From positions 1 to 32,360 of the IMG/VR virus record IMGVR_UViG_3300020045_001734: 32,360 nt of DNA; one strand, given 5' to 3'. Below, one piece after another: positions 1-9,703 of the stretch (position 1 is the first letter of the stretch; every line of letters starts with the position of its first letter). Position numbers and translations under genes: made by a program. The notes below the pieces were generated by a model. That model was given only the letters and a program-made list of their open reading frames with translations. It had not been told where the DNA came from and did no database searches. The DNA is from a virus (taxonomy: Duplodnaviria; Caudoviricetes).

Positions 1-1
1 A

Positions 2-1741
2 ATTGCGGAACACCGTGCATCCATCGGCCTGCACATCCCAAGACCAGCTGGTCCCGCCCAGCGCCTCGACAATATCCTTGACGCGCGTTTCGCTGATTGA
101 CTGCGAACCATCGTTGATCTTTGCCGTCGCATAAGGGCCGGTCCCACGGAATGCGCTGCCCCGTTCTTCGACCTGGCGGAAGTTCACGTTGCTATTGATG
201 AACAGCCATTCGGCAATCGACGCCGCGTAATGGACTGTCATGTTGTCGATGAATCGCACGTTGGCAGTGTTTGCGCCTGCAACGCCAAAGAAGTTGCCGC
301 CGGTCCACGTACCTTCGAGGAATATCTCGTTGGCCTCGACAATCGTATCTGCGCAGTTTGTAAAATCGCCGCCGCGTGTCAGGTTATTGGTTGACGACGA
401 ATCCGCCACAAGCAGCCCGTCACGAATGCGGATTTGCTCACAGTTTTCAAAATCAAACGCTGGTCCGATGCCCTGCCAACCGGGCGTGTCGATGATCCAG
501 TTGTCAGCAGGCGCATAGGCGTAGTTGGTGTCGCGCGCCTTGATCATGCCCTTGCCGGAATACGATTGGCAGTTGGTCCAACGGCCTTGCTCGTGGGAAT
601 GCTCGGTGTCGGTCCAACCCGTCCAGTCGTAAAGCCACCCGTAAGCGTACCCAACGGTCATGCAGTTGTCGAAGTTGTAGCTATCGCCTGCATCGGTGTT
701 TGCCTGTCCCGGTGGGCAATCGGGATCGCTCGACACGTTTGACGGGAATAGATGCGCATCGGTGGACAGGATGAAGAAATTCCGCCCGAACACGTTGAAG
801 TTCCGCCAATCAAGGCCGCGCTTGATGTTGCGGGTAATCGTGACGTTGGTGAAATAGCTGGTCGTGTCGCGCGCAAGAACGATCACGTCGCTAATCTTGT
901 GACACCACGGCGCTTGATCGCCGCTAAACCGCACGTTGAAGCAGCAGGCCGATGCCGTCGCATTGGCAGGCGTCACACGGAAGTCGCGCGCGTAGAACTG
1001 CTTGTTAGCGCCCGTTGCGCCGGTAAAGCCGTGCTTCCAGAGTGTCCCCGTCGATAACCAGCGGATCTCCGTCATGTCGCGGCCGAGGCCGACAATCTCG
1101 ACGCCTTGTTCTAGGCCAGTGTTTACCGTTGTGTTCCAAAATGAGACACCGGAAGGCAGCACCACCACCCCGCCGTTAGCCCGGTCATTGTACCAAGCCT
1201 GCACCGCAACGCTGTCAATCTCGTTCGTCAGCGCCGTCACTTGCGGGACAGCCGCTTGCCATTGCGCCAGCGTCCAGCCAGTTGTGTTCACGCCCTTGAA
1301 CTTGGTGACGCCGGACAGCGGATTGCTGGCACCATTGCCCTGATAGCCGTAATAGCGGATGTTATCGCCGGGTTGTGATAGGGCGAGAACTTCGGCAACT
1401 GTCAGGCCGTAGGTTGTGCCGATTTGCGTTGCGCCGGTTGGGTCTAACAGTTCCGCCGCAAGGCTTGCATTGACCGGATCAATTTCAGGGCGAACGACTG
1501 CACCGCCCGCCGTCTTCAAGATTGCGCGATAGGACAATGCCGCGTTGAAGTAGATCGGCACGAACTGCCCACCGCTGTCCGCCGTAACCACGGGCCCAAG
1601 CGAAGCCGTAAGTGCGGCATCGGCAAAAACAGCCTGTGGCGTAGTGGTGCCGCTGGCGTAAAAGAACCACTGCGCGCCCGATAGCGGTGTGCCGTTCGCA
1701 TCGGTCGCGCGTGGCAGGTCATTGAATATTTCTGCGGCCAT
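2..1741 (-). CDS. Tailspike / receptor-binding protein, 3'-truncated by the window edge (P22-type N-terminal head-binding region plus probable beta-helix)
   Basis: Translated by hand from ATG 1741, open to the edge: MAAEIFNDLPRATDANGTPLSGAQWFFYASGTTTPQAVFADAALTASLGPVVTADSGGQFVPIYF..., then GGVVVLPSG...VEIVGLGRDMTEI and Asn/Asp/Gly-rich strands. Lies after the ejection genes, as in P22-like phages. Not in the ORF track because there is no stop in the window. Confidence 0.85.
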   Translation of the reverse strand, partial: MAAEIFNDLPRATDANGTPLSGAQWFFYASGTTTPQAVFADAALTASLGPVVTADSGGQFVPIYFNAALSYRAILKTAGGAVVRPEIDPVNASLAAELLDPTGATQIGTTYGLTVAEVLALSQPGDNIRYYGYQGNGASNPLSGVTKFKGVNTTGWTLAQWQAAVPQVTALTNEIDSVAVQAWYNDRANGGVVVLPSGVSFWNTTVNTGLEQGVEIVGLGRDMTEIRWLSTGTLWKHGFTGATGANKQFYARDFRVTPANATASACCFNVRFSGDQAPWCHKISDVIVLARDTTSYFTNVTITRNIKRGLDWRNFNVFGRNFFILSTDAHLFPSNVSSDPDCPPGQANTDAGDSYNFDNCMTVGYAYGWLYDWTGWTDTEHSHEQGRWTNCQSYSGKGMIKARDTNYAYAPADNWIIDTPGWQGIGPAFDFENCEQIRIRDGLLVADSSSTNNLTRGGDFTNCADTIVEANEIFLEGTWTGGNFFGVAGANTANVRFIDNMTVHYAASIAEWLFINSNVNFRQVEERGSAFRGTGPYATAKINDGSQSISETRVKDIVEALGGTSWSWDVQADGCTVFRN

Positions 1742-1784
1742 TATCGTTTCCCAACGAGAGCACCTTTTTACAGGCGGGCTTGAA

Positions 1785-4586
1785 TTAGTTTACAGTATTT
1801 TCACCCATTTGTGTAGCCATCATGCTATTTTTTGGGATCAAGGACTGCGATATTTTCTTTTTGATGCGGTTATCTTGAACTGCACCGCGCAACACTTTCA
1901 AACCAGTGACAAGAGGAACCGGAACACCAGTCATAGCCCCCATGCCGCCCATTTCAGCCATTGCAGCAAGCAAGGTTCGCGCCGTTCCGCTGTTGTTGAT
2001 TGAAGTACCAGGCGGAACCGTGTTCACGTATTGAACAACGTCACGCAGATCGCGGATTCGTTGGGCCGTCGCAGGGTCAAATATCGCGTCAAGTCGCCCG
2101 TTTTTATCAAGCTTTTCAACCACGTTATTTAGTGCAGCCGCCGATACAACCTTTTCATTCGATGATGTTAGGTTGACGTTTGACGTTGCCGCGTCCTGAA
2201 TATGACGGACAGTTGCGCCTTGCATCTCCTTCCACGCTTGACGCCCATCCTTGCCGGAAGTCTTGAGCGCATGGCGAAGGAATTTAATGTCTTCAGGGCT
2301 TTCGTTCAGGATCGACTTGCGGAAAACCTCTTCCGAAGTCGTCTTGGCATCGGCCTTGTTTTTGACGTTCGACACAAGGCGTTCAACCACAGCGCGGTTT
2401 TCAAACTTCCGGGCCTGTTCAATGCGAAGCGCCCGCGCCTTCTTGTAAAGCGCGCCACCCTTGCCCTCGGTCGCCTGATCGATAAGGCCCTTCAGTTCGC
2501 CGCCATAGTTCGCATCGGCAGTTCCCGGCGTGGTGGCTTTATTTATCAGTTTGCGCACTTCTTCCAAGGCATTGAGCGGAATAGCGCCCGTGCCGTCAGG
2601 ATCGTTCTTGCGCAATTGCTCTGCCACCGCAGACAGGACAGGTGCCAACTTTTCGCGCGTGGTTGGTGTCTGTTCTGCGATGTAATCGGCAATCTCCTTG
2701 TAAGGCACCGGTTCTGCCATATCTCCTGCGACTTCAGCGCGCTTATAGGCCACGTTCACTCGGTCTTTGGCCTGCTTGTAACCTTGCGATAGCGCCTTGA
2801 TCACTGCATTGCCGGTCGCTGGAATATCGGGAGCTTGAGCGCCGGTCAGATCGATGAAGCGGTCAAAGTTCTGCAAAACCTGAAGGTTGTTTTCTTCTGC
2901 CCTCGCCCGCAAAGGTTGACCCAATGGGCCAAAGATTTGCTCTTTCTCGAATGCCAGTTGTTCAGCATCGCGCGCCGCTGCACCAACGGTAAGGTTTACA
3001 GGGACCGGCAAGCCTTCAGCCTGTGACAGACGCATCATTTCATCAGACGTGCCCGAAGCCCCCGCGTCACGGCTGCGTGTGGTAATCGGCGCAAACGGTT
3101 CATCAGCTTGGCTTGCATTGATATCGCGCGCATCAGGCGTCACTGCATCACCAACCGCGCCCGCTACAGGTGAAGGCGGCGCACCCCCGCCGCGCGCAGG
3201 ATCAAAAGGGGGCAGCACCCCGTCGCCATTGCCACGAAACATGCCACGGAAAGCAGGCGATGCGCGCTTTACGCCAGCGCCGACACCAGCGCCCACCAAT
3301 GAACCAAGCGCGCCCAAAGCAACGCCGGTCCCGATATCCTCGCCAGTGTTAGCCGCATAGATGCCGCCGTAAGCCGCGTCAGTAGCTGCCGTTCGTGCCA
3401 ACGCGCCTTTGAAGCCACCGCCTGCTAAACGCTCTGCAAGGGTGCTGGAAACCCGCCCAATGCCTTGACGCGCGCCCGCCGCCAAAGCGCCCGTGCCAAG
3501 CGCAGAGCCTGCAATCTCCCCGATAACTGCCGACTTGGGGTTAAGGGCTTCCAATCCCTGCACCTGATCGCCTGCGAATAACGATAGCGCCCCCAAGCCA
3601 GCAGCGTTAACCGCGCCTGTTACAGCGGTTCCAACTGGCGACATAAGCGCTTCACCCGCCGCTTGTGCGATTGGAGATCGCCGCCCGGTCTTTTGCGGAT
3701 TAAACGTGACCGCCTGCCTTTTATCGCGCGCTTCGATAGCTTGCTGGAATGCAGCCAAGTCTTCAGGCCGAACTTGCCCGCCCGCCGATTCAGCAGCTTT
3801 GGTCAGTTCTTGAACGCCGCCGCCTTGCTGGAATGCGGACTGCACCGCCGCTGCAATGGCCTTGTCCTGATCGGTGGAGAAGTTTTCGCCGCCTGTGATG
3901 GCGACTTGCTTAAGGGCTTCTGGTTGAGCGGTGTTGCGCGCCGCCGCCATGAATTCTTGATACGCTTTCTCACCAACACCACCAGCAGAAGCCTTCAAAG
4001 CGTCTATCGCACTTTGGCGAAGAACTGCTTTTTCCTTAAGCACTTCCTCGCCATCACCCGGCATAGGGAAATAACGACGACGCTGCGCCTCGATTTCAGA
4101 CGAGGGGATGGCCGCGCCGCTTTCGTAGCGCAGAGTTGCAGCAATAAAATCATCCTGCGTGGCGTCAGCAACTTGGCGCTCGGGACTGTTTCCTACTGAT
4201 TGTGGCAACGTGTTCAAAACGCCGGGCATATACTCGGCCATTTTCTGACCGGGGAGCGAACGCGCACCGATACCTTGATCTTCATAGACCTTATTGGCTC
4301 GGAGCGCCCGTGTAAGGAAACCAGCAGCTTTACTTTGGCCTTCGGTGGCTTTGATATTTTCGGTTTTCAGCTTTTCGCGTTCAATTCCGATCCGCTCTTG
4401 GTCTTGCTCGAACTTGGCGCGCTGCATCGCCTGATCTTCAACCGCGCGACCTTCTGCGGAATTGGCGCGCGCTTCAGCAGCCACCTTAGCAGCACTAGGC
4501 ACACCACGAATAACGCCGGGGAACGACGGCGCGGGAGCCGTTGCGGGCTCATCAAATTGGTCAAAAGGATTTGCTTGTGTAGCCAT
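1785..4586 (-). CDS. Large DNA ejection/injection protein (gp16-like)
   Basis: 933 aa; N-terminal ANPFDQFD motif, Gly/Ala-rich hydrophobic segments, helical body; last of three ejection-type genes before the tailspike. Confidence 0.7.
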   Translation of the reverse strand: MATQANPFDQFDEPATAPAPSFPGVIRGVPSAAKVAAEARANSAEGRAVEDQAMQRAKFEQDQERIGIEREKLKTENIKATEGQSKAAGFLTRALRANKVYEDQGIGARSLPGQKMAEYMPGVLNTLPQSVGNSPERQVADATQDDFIAATLRYESGAAIPSSEIEAQRRRYFPMPGDGEEVLKEKAVLRQSAIDALKASAGGVGEKAYQEFMAAARNTAQPEALKQVAITGGENFSTDQDKAIAAAVQSAFQQGGGVQELTKAAESAGGQVRPEDLAAFQQAIEARDKRQAVTFNPQKTGRRSPIAQAAGEALMSPVGTAVTGAVNAAGLGALSLFAGDQVQGLEALNPKSAVIGEIAGSALGTGALAAGARQGIGRVSSTLAERLAGGGFKGALARTAATDAAYGGIYAANTGEDIGTGVALGALGSLVGAGVGAGVKRASPAFRGMFRGNGDGVLPPFDPARGGGAPPSPVAGAVGDAVTPDARDINASQADEPFAPITTRSRDAGASGTSDEMMRLSQAEGLPVPVNLTVGAAARDAEQLAFEKEQIFGPLGQPLRARAEENNLQVLQNFDRFIDLTGAQAPDIPATGNAVIKALSQGYKQAKDRVNVAYKRAEVAGDMAEPVPYKEIADYIAEQTPTTREKLAPVLSAVAEQLRKNDPDGTGAIPLNALEEVRKLINKATTPGTADANYGGELKGLIDQATEGKGGALYKKARALRIEQARKFENRAVVERLVSNVKNKADAKTTSEEVFRKSILNESPEDIKFLRHALKTSGKDGRQAWKEMQGATVRHIQDAATSNVNLTSSNEKVVSAAALNNVVEKLDKNGRLDAIFDPATAQRIRDLRDVVQYVNTVPPGTSINNSGTARTLLAAMAEMGGMGAMTGVPVPLVTGLKVLRGAVQDNRIKKKISQSLIPKNSMMATQMGENTVN

Positions 4587-4589
4587 TAC

Positions 4590-4928
4590 TCAATCCCCAA
4601 ACCGACGACGCGAACCGGAAACATCAGGCGCATTGCCCCATCCCGGAAACGTGACATGGATTGCACTGCCATTGCTGGCCTCAACACGCGCATCAGGATA
4701 GCGGCGCTTAACTTCAGCCATGGCTTGCGCCTTCGACATTCCCGCAGGGACAGTGAAGTCCAATGCATCGCCGCGCGTGTGGGCACTGTGTTGCGTCTTG
4801 GTAAGACCTTGCGCAATCAAGGCATTTTGGTGCGCTTGCGTTCGATAGCCGCTGGTTGGTTTCAAGCCGATGGTGCCGAGAGCCTTCACGGGGTCAACGA
4901 AACCCGCTGGTAGCGTTGCCGCTACCAC
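4590..4928 (-). CDS. Peptidase M15-family (LAS Zn metallopeptidase), putative peptidoglycan hydrolase; start uncertain (GTG 4928, GTG 4889, or entry by frameshift)
   Basis: TSGYRT...SAHTRGDALD (H-x6-D)...AIHVTF contains the Zn ligands and Arg typical of M15 enzymes. Confidence 0.8.
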   Translation of the reverse strand: MVAATLPAGFVDPVKALGTIGLKPTSGYRTQAHQNALIAQGLTKTQHSAHTRGDALDFTVPAGMSKAQAMAEVKRRYPDARVEASNGSAIHVTFPGWGNAPDVSGSRRRFGD

Positions 4929-5832
4929 CTCCTAACACGCGGTCAGAAGCGCCAGCCCCATACTTTGCGTCGAAGTCGGCTTTCATGCCTGGGTTCTTAC
5001 GGAGATAGTCTTGAGCCGCTGGTGGAATGGCAGGCGCTGCGACTTGGGGAGCGCCGCCATTATTAGCGAATGACGCCACCGCCGCAGGGTCACGCGTGTT
5101 AACTAGCGCCCCGCCTTCAGAAATTGCGGTGTACTTAGGCTGCGCAAGTTCGATGTACTTATCCACCAAGCCAGCGTTATCAATCGCGCCTTGCAAGGCT
5201 TGCGGGCTGAACTTGCCGCGATAGTCCGCAAGGCCGGTATAGCCTGCCTGCACACCTTGTTCGATGGCTTGATCCCACGCCGCAGCTTGCTCACGCGGGT
5301 CTTTAATCTGGCTAATGCGCAAAGCAGCCTGTCCGGTGTATTTGGTCTGATCCTCGATAGCGCGGCGCTTGTTCGCGTCCAACTTCGCCCAGCTATCGAA
5401 ATCAATGCCGACCAATTGCTGAAGTGCAGCCGGATCACCCGCCGCCGCCTTAGTGCGAAGGTCCGCCGCGCGCTGCTCTTTCATCAGTTCCGCGCGCGCC
5501 TTTTGCTGCGACGAAACACGATCCTGCGCCTGCATCGCCAAACGCGGGTTAATCTTGGCTAATCGTTCATAGGCAGCTTGGCTTTCGGTCTGTTGCGTCT
5601 CGGTGGGCACGATCCCGCCGCCGTTGCCGCCCCATTGCGTTGGCATAGGCGGGTTGGCCACGCTAGGAGCGCCCATAGCGCCTCCCGTAGAGCCACCCTG
5701 CCCGGCAGTCATAAATGCAGCCAGAGCGCTATTCTCGCGGTTCTGACGGATTGCCCCGCCGATATCCGCACCCAAAGCCAAGGCGTTCTGAAAGCCCTGC
5801 AAAGCGCCTGATTGCCCCCACTGGATAGCCAT
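4894..5832 (-). CDS. DNA ejection protein (gp20-like)
   Basis: 312 aa, Ala/Gln/Gly-rich; middle gene of the ejection trio; TAATG coupling to the upstream gene. Confidence 0.65.
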   Translation of the reverse strand: MAIQWGQSGALQGFQNALALGADIGGAIRQNRENSALAAFMTAGQGGSTGGAMGAPSVANPPMPTQWGGNGGGIVPTETQQTESQAAYERLAKINPRLAMQAQDRVSSQQKARAELMKEQRAADLRTKAAAGDPAALQQLVGIDFDSWAKLDANKRRAIEDQTKYTGQAALRISQIKDPREQAAAWDQAIEQGVQAGYTGLADYRGKFSPQALQGAIDNAGLVDKYIELAQPKYTAISEGGALVNTRDPAAVASFANNGGAPQVAAPAIPPAAQDYLRKNPGMKADFDAKYGAGASDRVLGGGSGNATSGFR

Positions 5833-6734
5833 TAGCCAAAGCCCTTGATAAGCGCGCCGCCCGCCGTGCCCAGCATATTGCCGAACACGCTTTGCTGCGA
5901 CATCGCCGCGTTGGCCCGCGCATCGCTTGCCGCCGAGTTACTTGCTGCGATGGTGTTGCCGTAATTGGTCGCCACGCCAGCCAGTGCCGATGCAGCTTGC
6001 GCCCCAACGCCTTGCTGATTGCCAACGCCGCCCGCCCATTGCTGGCGATAGCCCGATTGCAGGTTCTGCCGGTACTTTTCCAACGCCTTCATGGCCGCGC
6101 CCGATTGCACCGTACCAGCACCTGCGTAGCCCGAATTAACCGAGTTGCCGCCTTCCTGTTGCTGGAAAGCATAGTCGGAATTGGCGATGTAATTGGCAAA
6201 GGCGCTGCGTGAACTGCCCGCGTTCGGTGTGACCGTTGCACCCGGCAATGCACGATTTTCGTTCTGCCCGTACTTCTGCCAGTGCTGTTGCCCGAATGCG
6301 TTGATATCACCCGTGAACGATGGGGATGTAGTGGCGCTTGGTGCAATATCCTTCAGCCCACCGAATGAATACAAAGCACCATTGGTGGCCGTACCTGTCG
6401 CGGTTTGCTTTTGAAAGTCTGCCAGAATATCAGGATTGGCATGCACGTAAGCCGCGTAGTCCGGTTCACCTGAAACCGTCGATCCCGTCTGCGGAATACC
6501 ATAGAAGTCGTTCAGCAGCGCGCCCGCCGCCGCGCCGGTCTGCACAAATGGCGACAGCGTGGCTTCGTTCTTGCCGTAAATCTCACGGGTTAGTGCATTG
6601 TTTTCACGCGCCGTAGCGGTAGCGTCAGCAGAAGCCTGCTTTGCAGCCGAGTTCGACTTGGACGCGGACAGGGCCGAACCGCCCGCAAGCAGTGCAGAGC
6701 CTCCCAAGATCGCAGCAGTCGTGCCGATGGCCAT
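5832..6734 (-). CDS. DNA ejection/transfer protein (gp7-like)
   Basis: Gly/Ala/Ser N-terminus (AAILGGSALLAGGSALSASKSNSAAKQA), LSPFVQTG, DYAFQQQEG and SGAAMKALEKY motifs typical of gp7-like proteins. Confidence 0.75.
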   Translation of the reverse strand: MAIGTTAAILGGSALLAGGSALSASKSNSAAKQASADATATARENNALTREIYGKNEATLSPFVQTGAAAGALLNDFYGIPQTGSTVSGEPDYAAYVHANPDILADFQKQTATGTATNGALYSFGGLKDIAPSATTSPSFTGDINAFGQQHWQKYGQNENRALPGATVTPNAGSSRSAFANYIANSDYAFQQQEGGNSVNSGYAGAGTVQSGAAMKALEKYRQNLQSGYRQQWAGGVGNQQGVGAQAASALAGVATNYGNTIAASNSAASDARANAAMSQQSVFGNMLGTAGGALIKGFG

Positions 6735-7180
6735 TATGAAAGCTCCTTGATGAACAAGCTTTCGGAACGCCGATAGCCCATTCGATCATACAACCGCACC
6801 ATTCGTTCCCCGCCCAACCGGTCCAGCGACTTCATTTGCCAAGACCGGCAACCAAGTGCGCGGGCTGTGCTTTCCATCGCTTTGAGCAACTTGATTCCGG
6901 TCATTTGCGGCGCGCAATCGGCCACGTACCAGAACAGTTCCTCACCGGAGATATGGGAGTAGTTGAAATAAACGGGGCTGATTATGCCGCCCACCATTCC
7001 AACTATATGGCCGTCATCGGCTACTAGTCCGATGAAACTACCCGTTTCCATGAATTTCGTCAAGGAAGCGATGCAATCCGCCTCGTTATATTCGATTTCA
7101 TCCCAACCGGCTTTTGCATGGAATATTGCCCCCAATCGCGCGACTTCGGGCAGGTCGTCCAATGTCATGGCGCGGATCAT
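6734..7180 (-). CDS. GNAT-fold protein in the virion module (P22 gp14 position)
   Basis: MIRAMTLDDL, ELFWYV, GIKLLKAMESTARALG and RLYDRMGY GNAT motifs. Confidence 0.8.
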   Translation of the reverse strand: MIRAMTLDDLPEVARLGAIFHAKAGWDEIEYNEADCIASLTKFMETGSFIGLVADDGHIVGMVGGIISPVYFNYSHISGEELFWYVADCAPQMTGIKLLKAMESTARALGCRSWQMKSLDRLGGERMVRLYDRMGYRRSESLFIKELS

Positions 7181-7695
7181 GTAAGCACACCGTTGCCGCG
7201 CAAATCGCTAATCAATGCCGCCAACCGTTGTGAATTGACCTTAAGCGCATCATCCAACGCCTGCATTTCAGCTTGTGTCGGCGGATTGCTAACCGTCTGG
7301 CCTGCGTAAGCTACAAACGTCGTGCGGGCGAATGTGCCTGTAGGTGTGGCCCAAGCCGCAGTCTGGTCTTTCAGCACGGCGTCAAGCACGGTCGTTTGTA
7401 AGCCGGTGATATCATCCTGCACCGTGATCAACGCAGCCTGCGCCGCTGCAATATCCGCAACAGCTGTAGTCAACGTGGCTTGCGTGACTTCTAGCGCGGC
7501 CTGCGCTTCTGCCAGACCTTCCTGCGTGGTCGCTATCTCGGTGATCGTCGCATTGACCGCGACAAACGCCTCTTCAATCGCCTCCATGGTCTTTTGCCAA
7601 TGGATTTGCATTTGAGCAGTGGGATAGCCTTCACGCTCAAAATATGACTTCTGACGTTGCAGCCGCGCTAGCTTGACGACGGTGGGTTCGATCAT
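7177..7695 (-). CDS. Tail needle protein (P22 gp26-like)
   Basis: Heptad coiled coil; C-terminus AAWATPTGT...VSNPPTQAEMQALDDAL...LAALISDLRGNGVL resembles the gp26 tip. Confidence 0.8.
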   Translation of the reverse strand: MIEPTVVKLARLQRQKSYFEREGYPTAQMQIHWQKTMEAIEEAFVAVNATITEIATTQEGLAEAQAALEVTQATLTTAVADIAAAQAALITVQDDITGLQTTVLDAVLKDQTAAWATPTGTFARTTFVAYAGQTVSNPPTQAEMQALDDALKVNSQRLAALISDLRGNGVLT

Positions 7696-9047
7696 GCCCG
7701 CCCGCCACCTGGTTCATTCACAAGAACGCCAGACACGCGAATATCGATGGGATCGGTCACGCGAAATTGCACAAGGAATGAGGGGCGCGAGGCTAAATTC
7801 AGCCTTTGCCATTTAATCTCTTGGCGATATTCGCCCTGCGTCCCGAGCGGCTTTGCGCGCCAGTTGCCGTAGGTCTTGCCGCCGTTACGTGATTGGCGCA
7901 TTTCGATAACTGGTTCGGCATATTCGCCGGTCAAGAAAGCCGTCTGCCCGACATTCACCCGCGCCACTAAATTATCGATCCGCATCGCGCCGCCATCAAT
8001 CGGCATTCCAGCAGACCATAGCCGCTCCATCGGCCCGCCTAAATCGACATGGCCGTCGCCGAAAGCCAGTGTGCGACCGTCGATGTTCGACCCCATCACA
8101 CCGCCGGAAAAGCACCCTACTGCCCAGCGCGGTTGCCCGTATGTTTTCCACTCGCCCCATTGGCCGGTGCGTGGTTGATAAACCTGCGTTTCGTTGTCGA
8201 GTTGCAGGCAGAGATATTCATTGCCGCCCATCACGAACGCAAACAGGCTAACCGTGGCGCTGGCTTCGATCCGCTCTTGCAGGCCGTTATTCGAGATGAT
8301 GTTGTTTTCGTCTGTCAGGCAAACCTGATTCTCGTTTGTGACCCATGCGAAGGTTGATCCGATAGCCGCCGCGCAACCCGTGGCACGAATGCCCTTTTCG
8401 ATCACGCTGGATTCTAGCGGCTGAAAAGGTAACTCGCCGTCGTTTGTGTTTGGCCAGACTTCAACGGTTTCAGCACCGAACAGGTAAAGAATGTCGTTGA
8501 TGAATAGCGCATCAAACACGCGGTCAGGCTGGTTTTCAGCCGTGGCAAAGTCGAGAGGATCGACCGTGCTGGCAAGAACTGGCGTCCAGTAGAACTTGCC
8601 CGTATCTGCCCGTAGCGCGATGAACCGGCCCGCGCCTGCAATAACCTTGATGACCGGCGCGTCGTCAGGAAATGCCACGTCCGAAAGCGTCACGCCGTTA
8701 TAATACCGCAGCGCAGCCCCAGCGGCCACCATGATGCCGCCTTCATTACCAGCGATGGAGACAGGCCCTGTGCCGGGAATGCTGCCTAGCGGGCTTGTAG
8801 CGCGCCACAGCGCAGCATTGGAAACGCCGAACACATCGCCTGATTGAACGCCGTCCTTGCGGAATACAGCAGCGACCGGCCCCGTCCCCATATCTGCGCC
8901 ACGGTCCAGCACGGCCATGCGGCTTTGCAGCGCCTTGCCGGTCTTTTCGGTTGGCGCTTGCTCCAACACCATATTGACGACAGACAGCGGTGGGAGACCG
9001 CCGCGTCCGCGCTCATAGGATGATGATGCGAAGTCAATATCCGCCAT
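7692..9047 (-). CDS. Tail hub / packaged-DNA stabilisation protein (P22 gp10-like)
   Basis: 451 aa; LDFATAENQPD, LYLFGAETVEVW, SRNGGKTYG, GTQGEY and FRVTDP motifs. Confidence 0.85.
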   Translation of the reverse strand: MADIDFASSSYERGRGGLPPLSVVNMVLEQAPTEKTGKALQSRMAVLDRGADMGTGPVAAVFRKDGVQSGDVFGVSNAALWRATSPLGSIPGTGPVSIAGNEGGIMVAAGAALRYYNGVTLSDVAFPDDAPVIKVIAGAGRFIALRADTGKFYWTPVLASTVDPLDFATAENQPDRVFDALFINDILYLFGAETVEVWPNTNDGELPFQPLESSVIEKGIRATGCAAAIGSTFAWVTNENQVCLTDENNIISNNGLQERIEASATVSLFAFVMGGNEYLCLQLDNETQVYQPRTGQWGEWKTYGQPRWAVGCFSGGVMGSNIDGRTLAFGDGHVDLGGPMERLWSAGMPIDGGAMRIDNLVARVNVGQTAFLTGEYAEPVIEMRQSRNGGKTYGNWRAKPLGTQGEYRQEIKWQRLNLASRPSFLVQFRVTDPIDIRVSGVLVNEPGGGRA

Positions 9048-9703
9048 CAGGCCGGGCCCATGAAGTACGATGCAGGCCGGTACGCGTCGAACATTTCACG
9101 CTCTGACATTTGCGCGCGCTGTGCCAGTTCAGGCGTTGGTGAAACACCGAACACATTGCAGCAGCGCAATGCCAGATTGGTCATCACGCATTCGGTCCAT
9201 TCTTCGGGAATGTCGATTGTCTGCGTGGCGTCCGTCACGGTATCAAGCGCGCGGTCGATATCCAGCTTGAGCGAGAAGTTCGCCGTCGGCACTGGCCAGA
9301 CCGACAGGATCAATGCGCCCGCGTTCTGATCGACGTTGTAAATCGTTGGAGTGCCCTTCGCCGCCTTGTTTGGCAGGATGGCATAATCATCGCGTTCAAA
9401 GCGGCTCATGGCGCGCTCATTCGTGGCGCTGTCGACATACCGCGCGCCGTTCACTTCGCGCACGTAAACTGGTAGTGTGATCGTGGCAGTGTCCGCCGTG
9501 CCAGACGCGGTATAAACTTCCTGTTTCCAACCAAGCCCGCGTGATCCCCACGTTTTCAGCATGGCATTCAGGCGGAACAAGCAGGCGGTCATTTCATCGG
9601 CTTCAGGATCATCGCCAAACGCAATGATGCCGTTTTCAAGCAAGGCGTTCTTGACGAAATCCCGCGCCGTGGTGCTAAATGCCGTGGTGCCGCTGGTTGT
9701 CAT
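9047..9703 (-). CDS. Head-tail adaptor (P22 gp4-like)
   Basis: TARDFVKNAL...LNAMLKTW, VWPVP and DIPEEW...NLALR; immediately before the gp10-like gene. Confidence 0.75.
   Translation of the reverse strand: MTTSGTTAFSTTARDFVKNALLENGIIAFGDDPEADEMTACLFRLNAMLKTWGSRGLGWKQEVYTASGTADTATITLPVYVREVNGARYVDSATNERAMSRFERDDYAILPNKAAKGTPTIYNVDQNAGALILSVWPVPTANFSLKLDIDRALDTVTDATQTIDIPEEWTECVMTNLALRCCNVFGVSPTPELAQRAQMSEREMFDAYRPASYFMGPA

Noticed and set aside
240-1722. Several short ORFs listed in the track
   Set aside because: All overlap the long minus-strand tailspike frame (2-1741) that the track omits
4590-4928. M15 peptidase as the phage endolysin
   Set aside because: No holin or spanin nearby and it is embedded among ejection genes; the lysis cassette is probably outside the window, though this is not excluded
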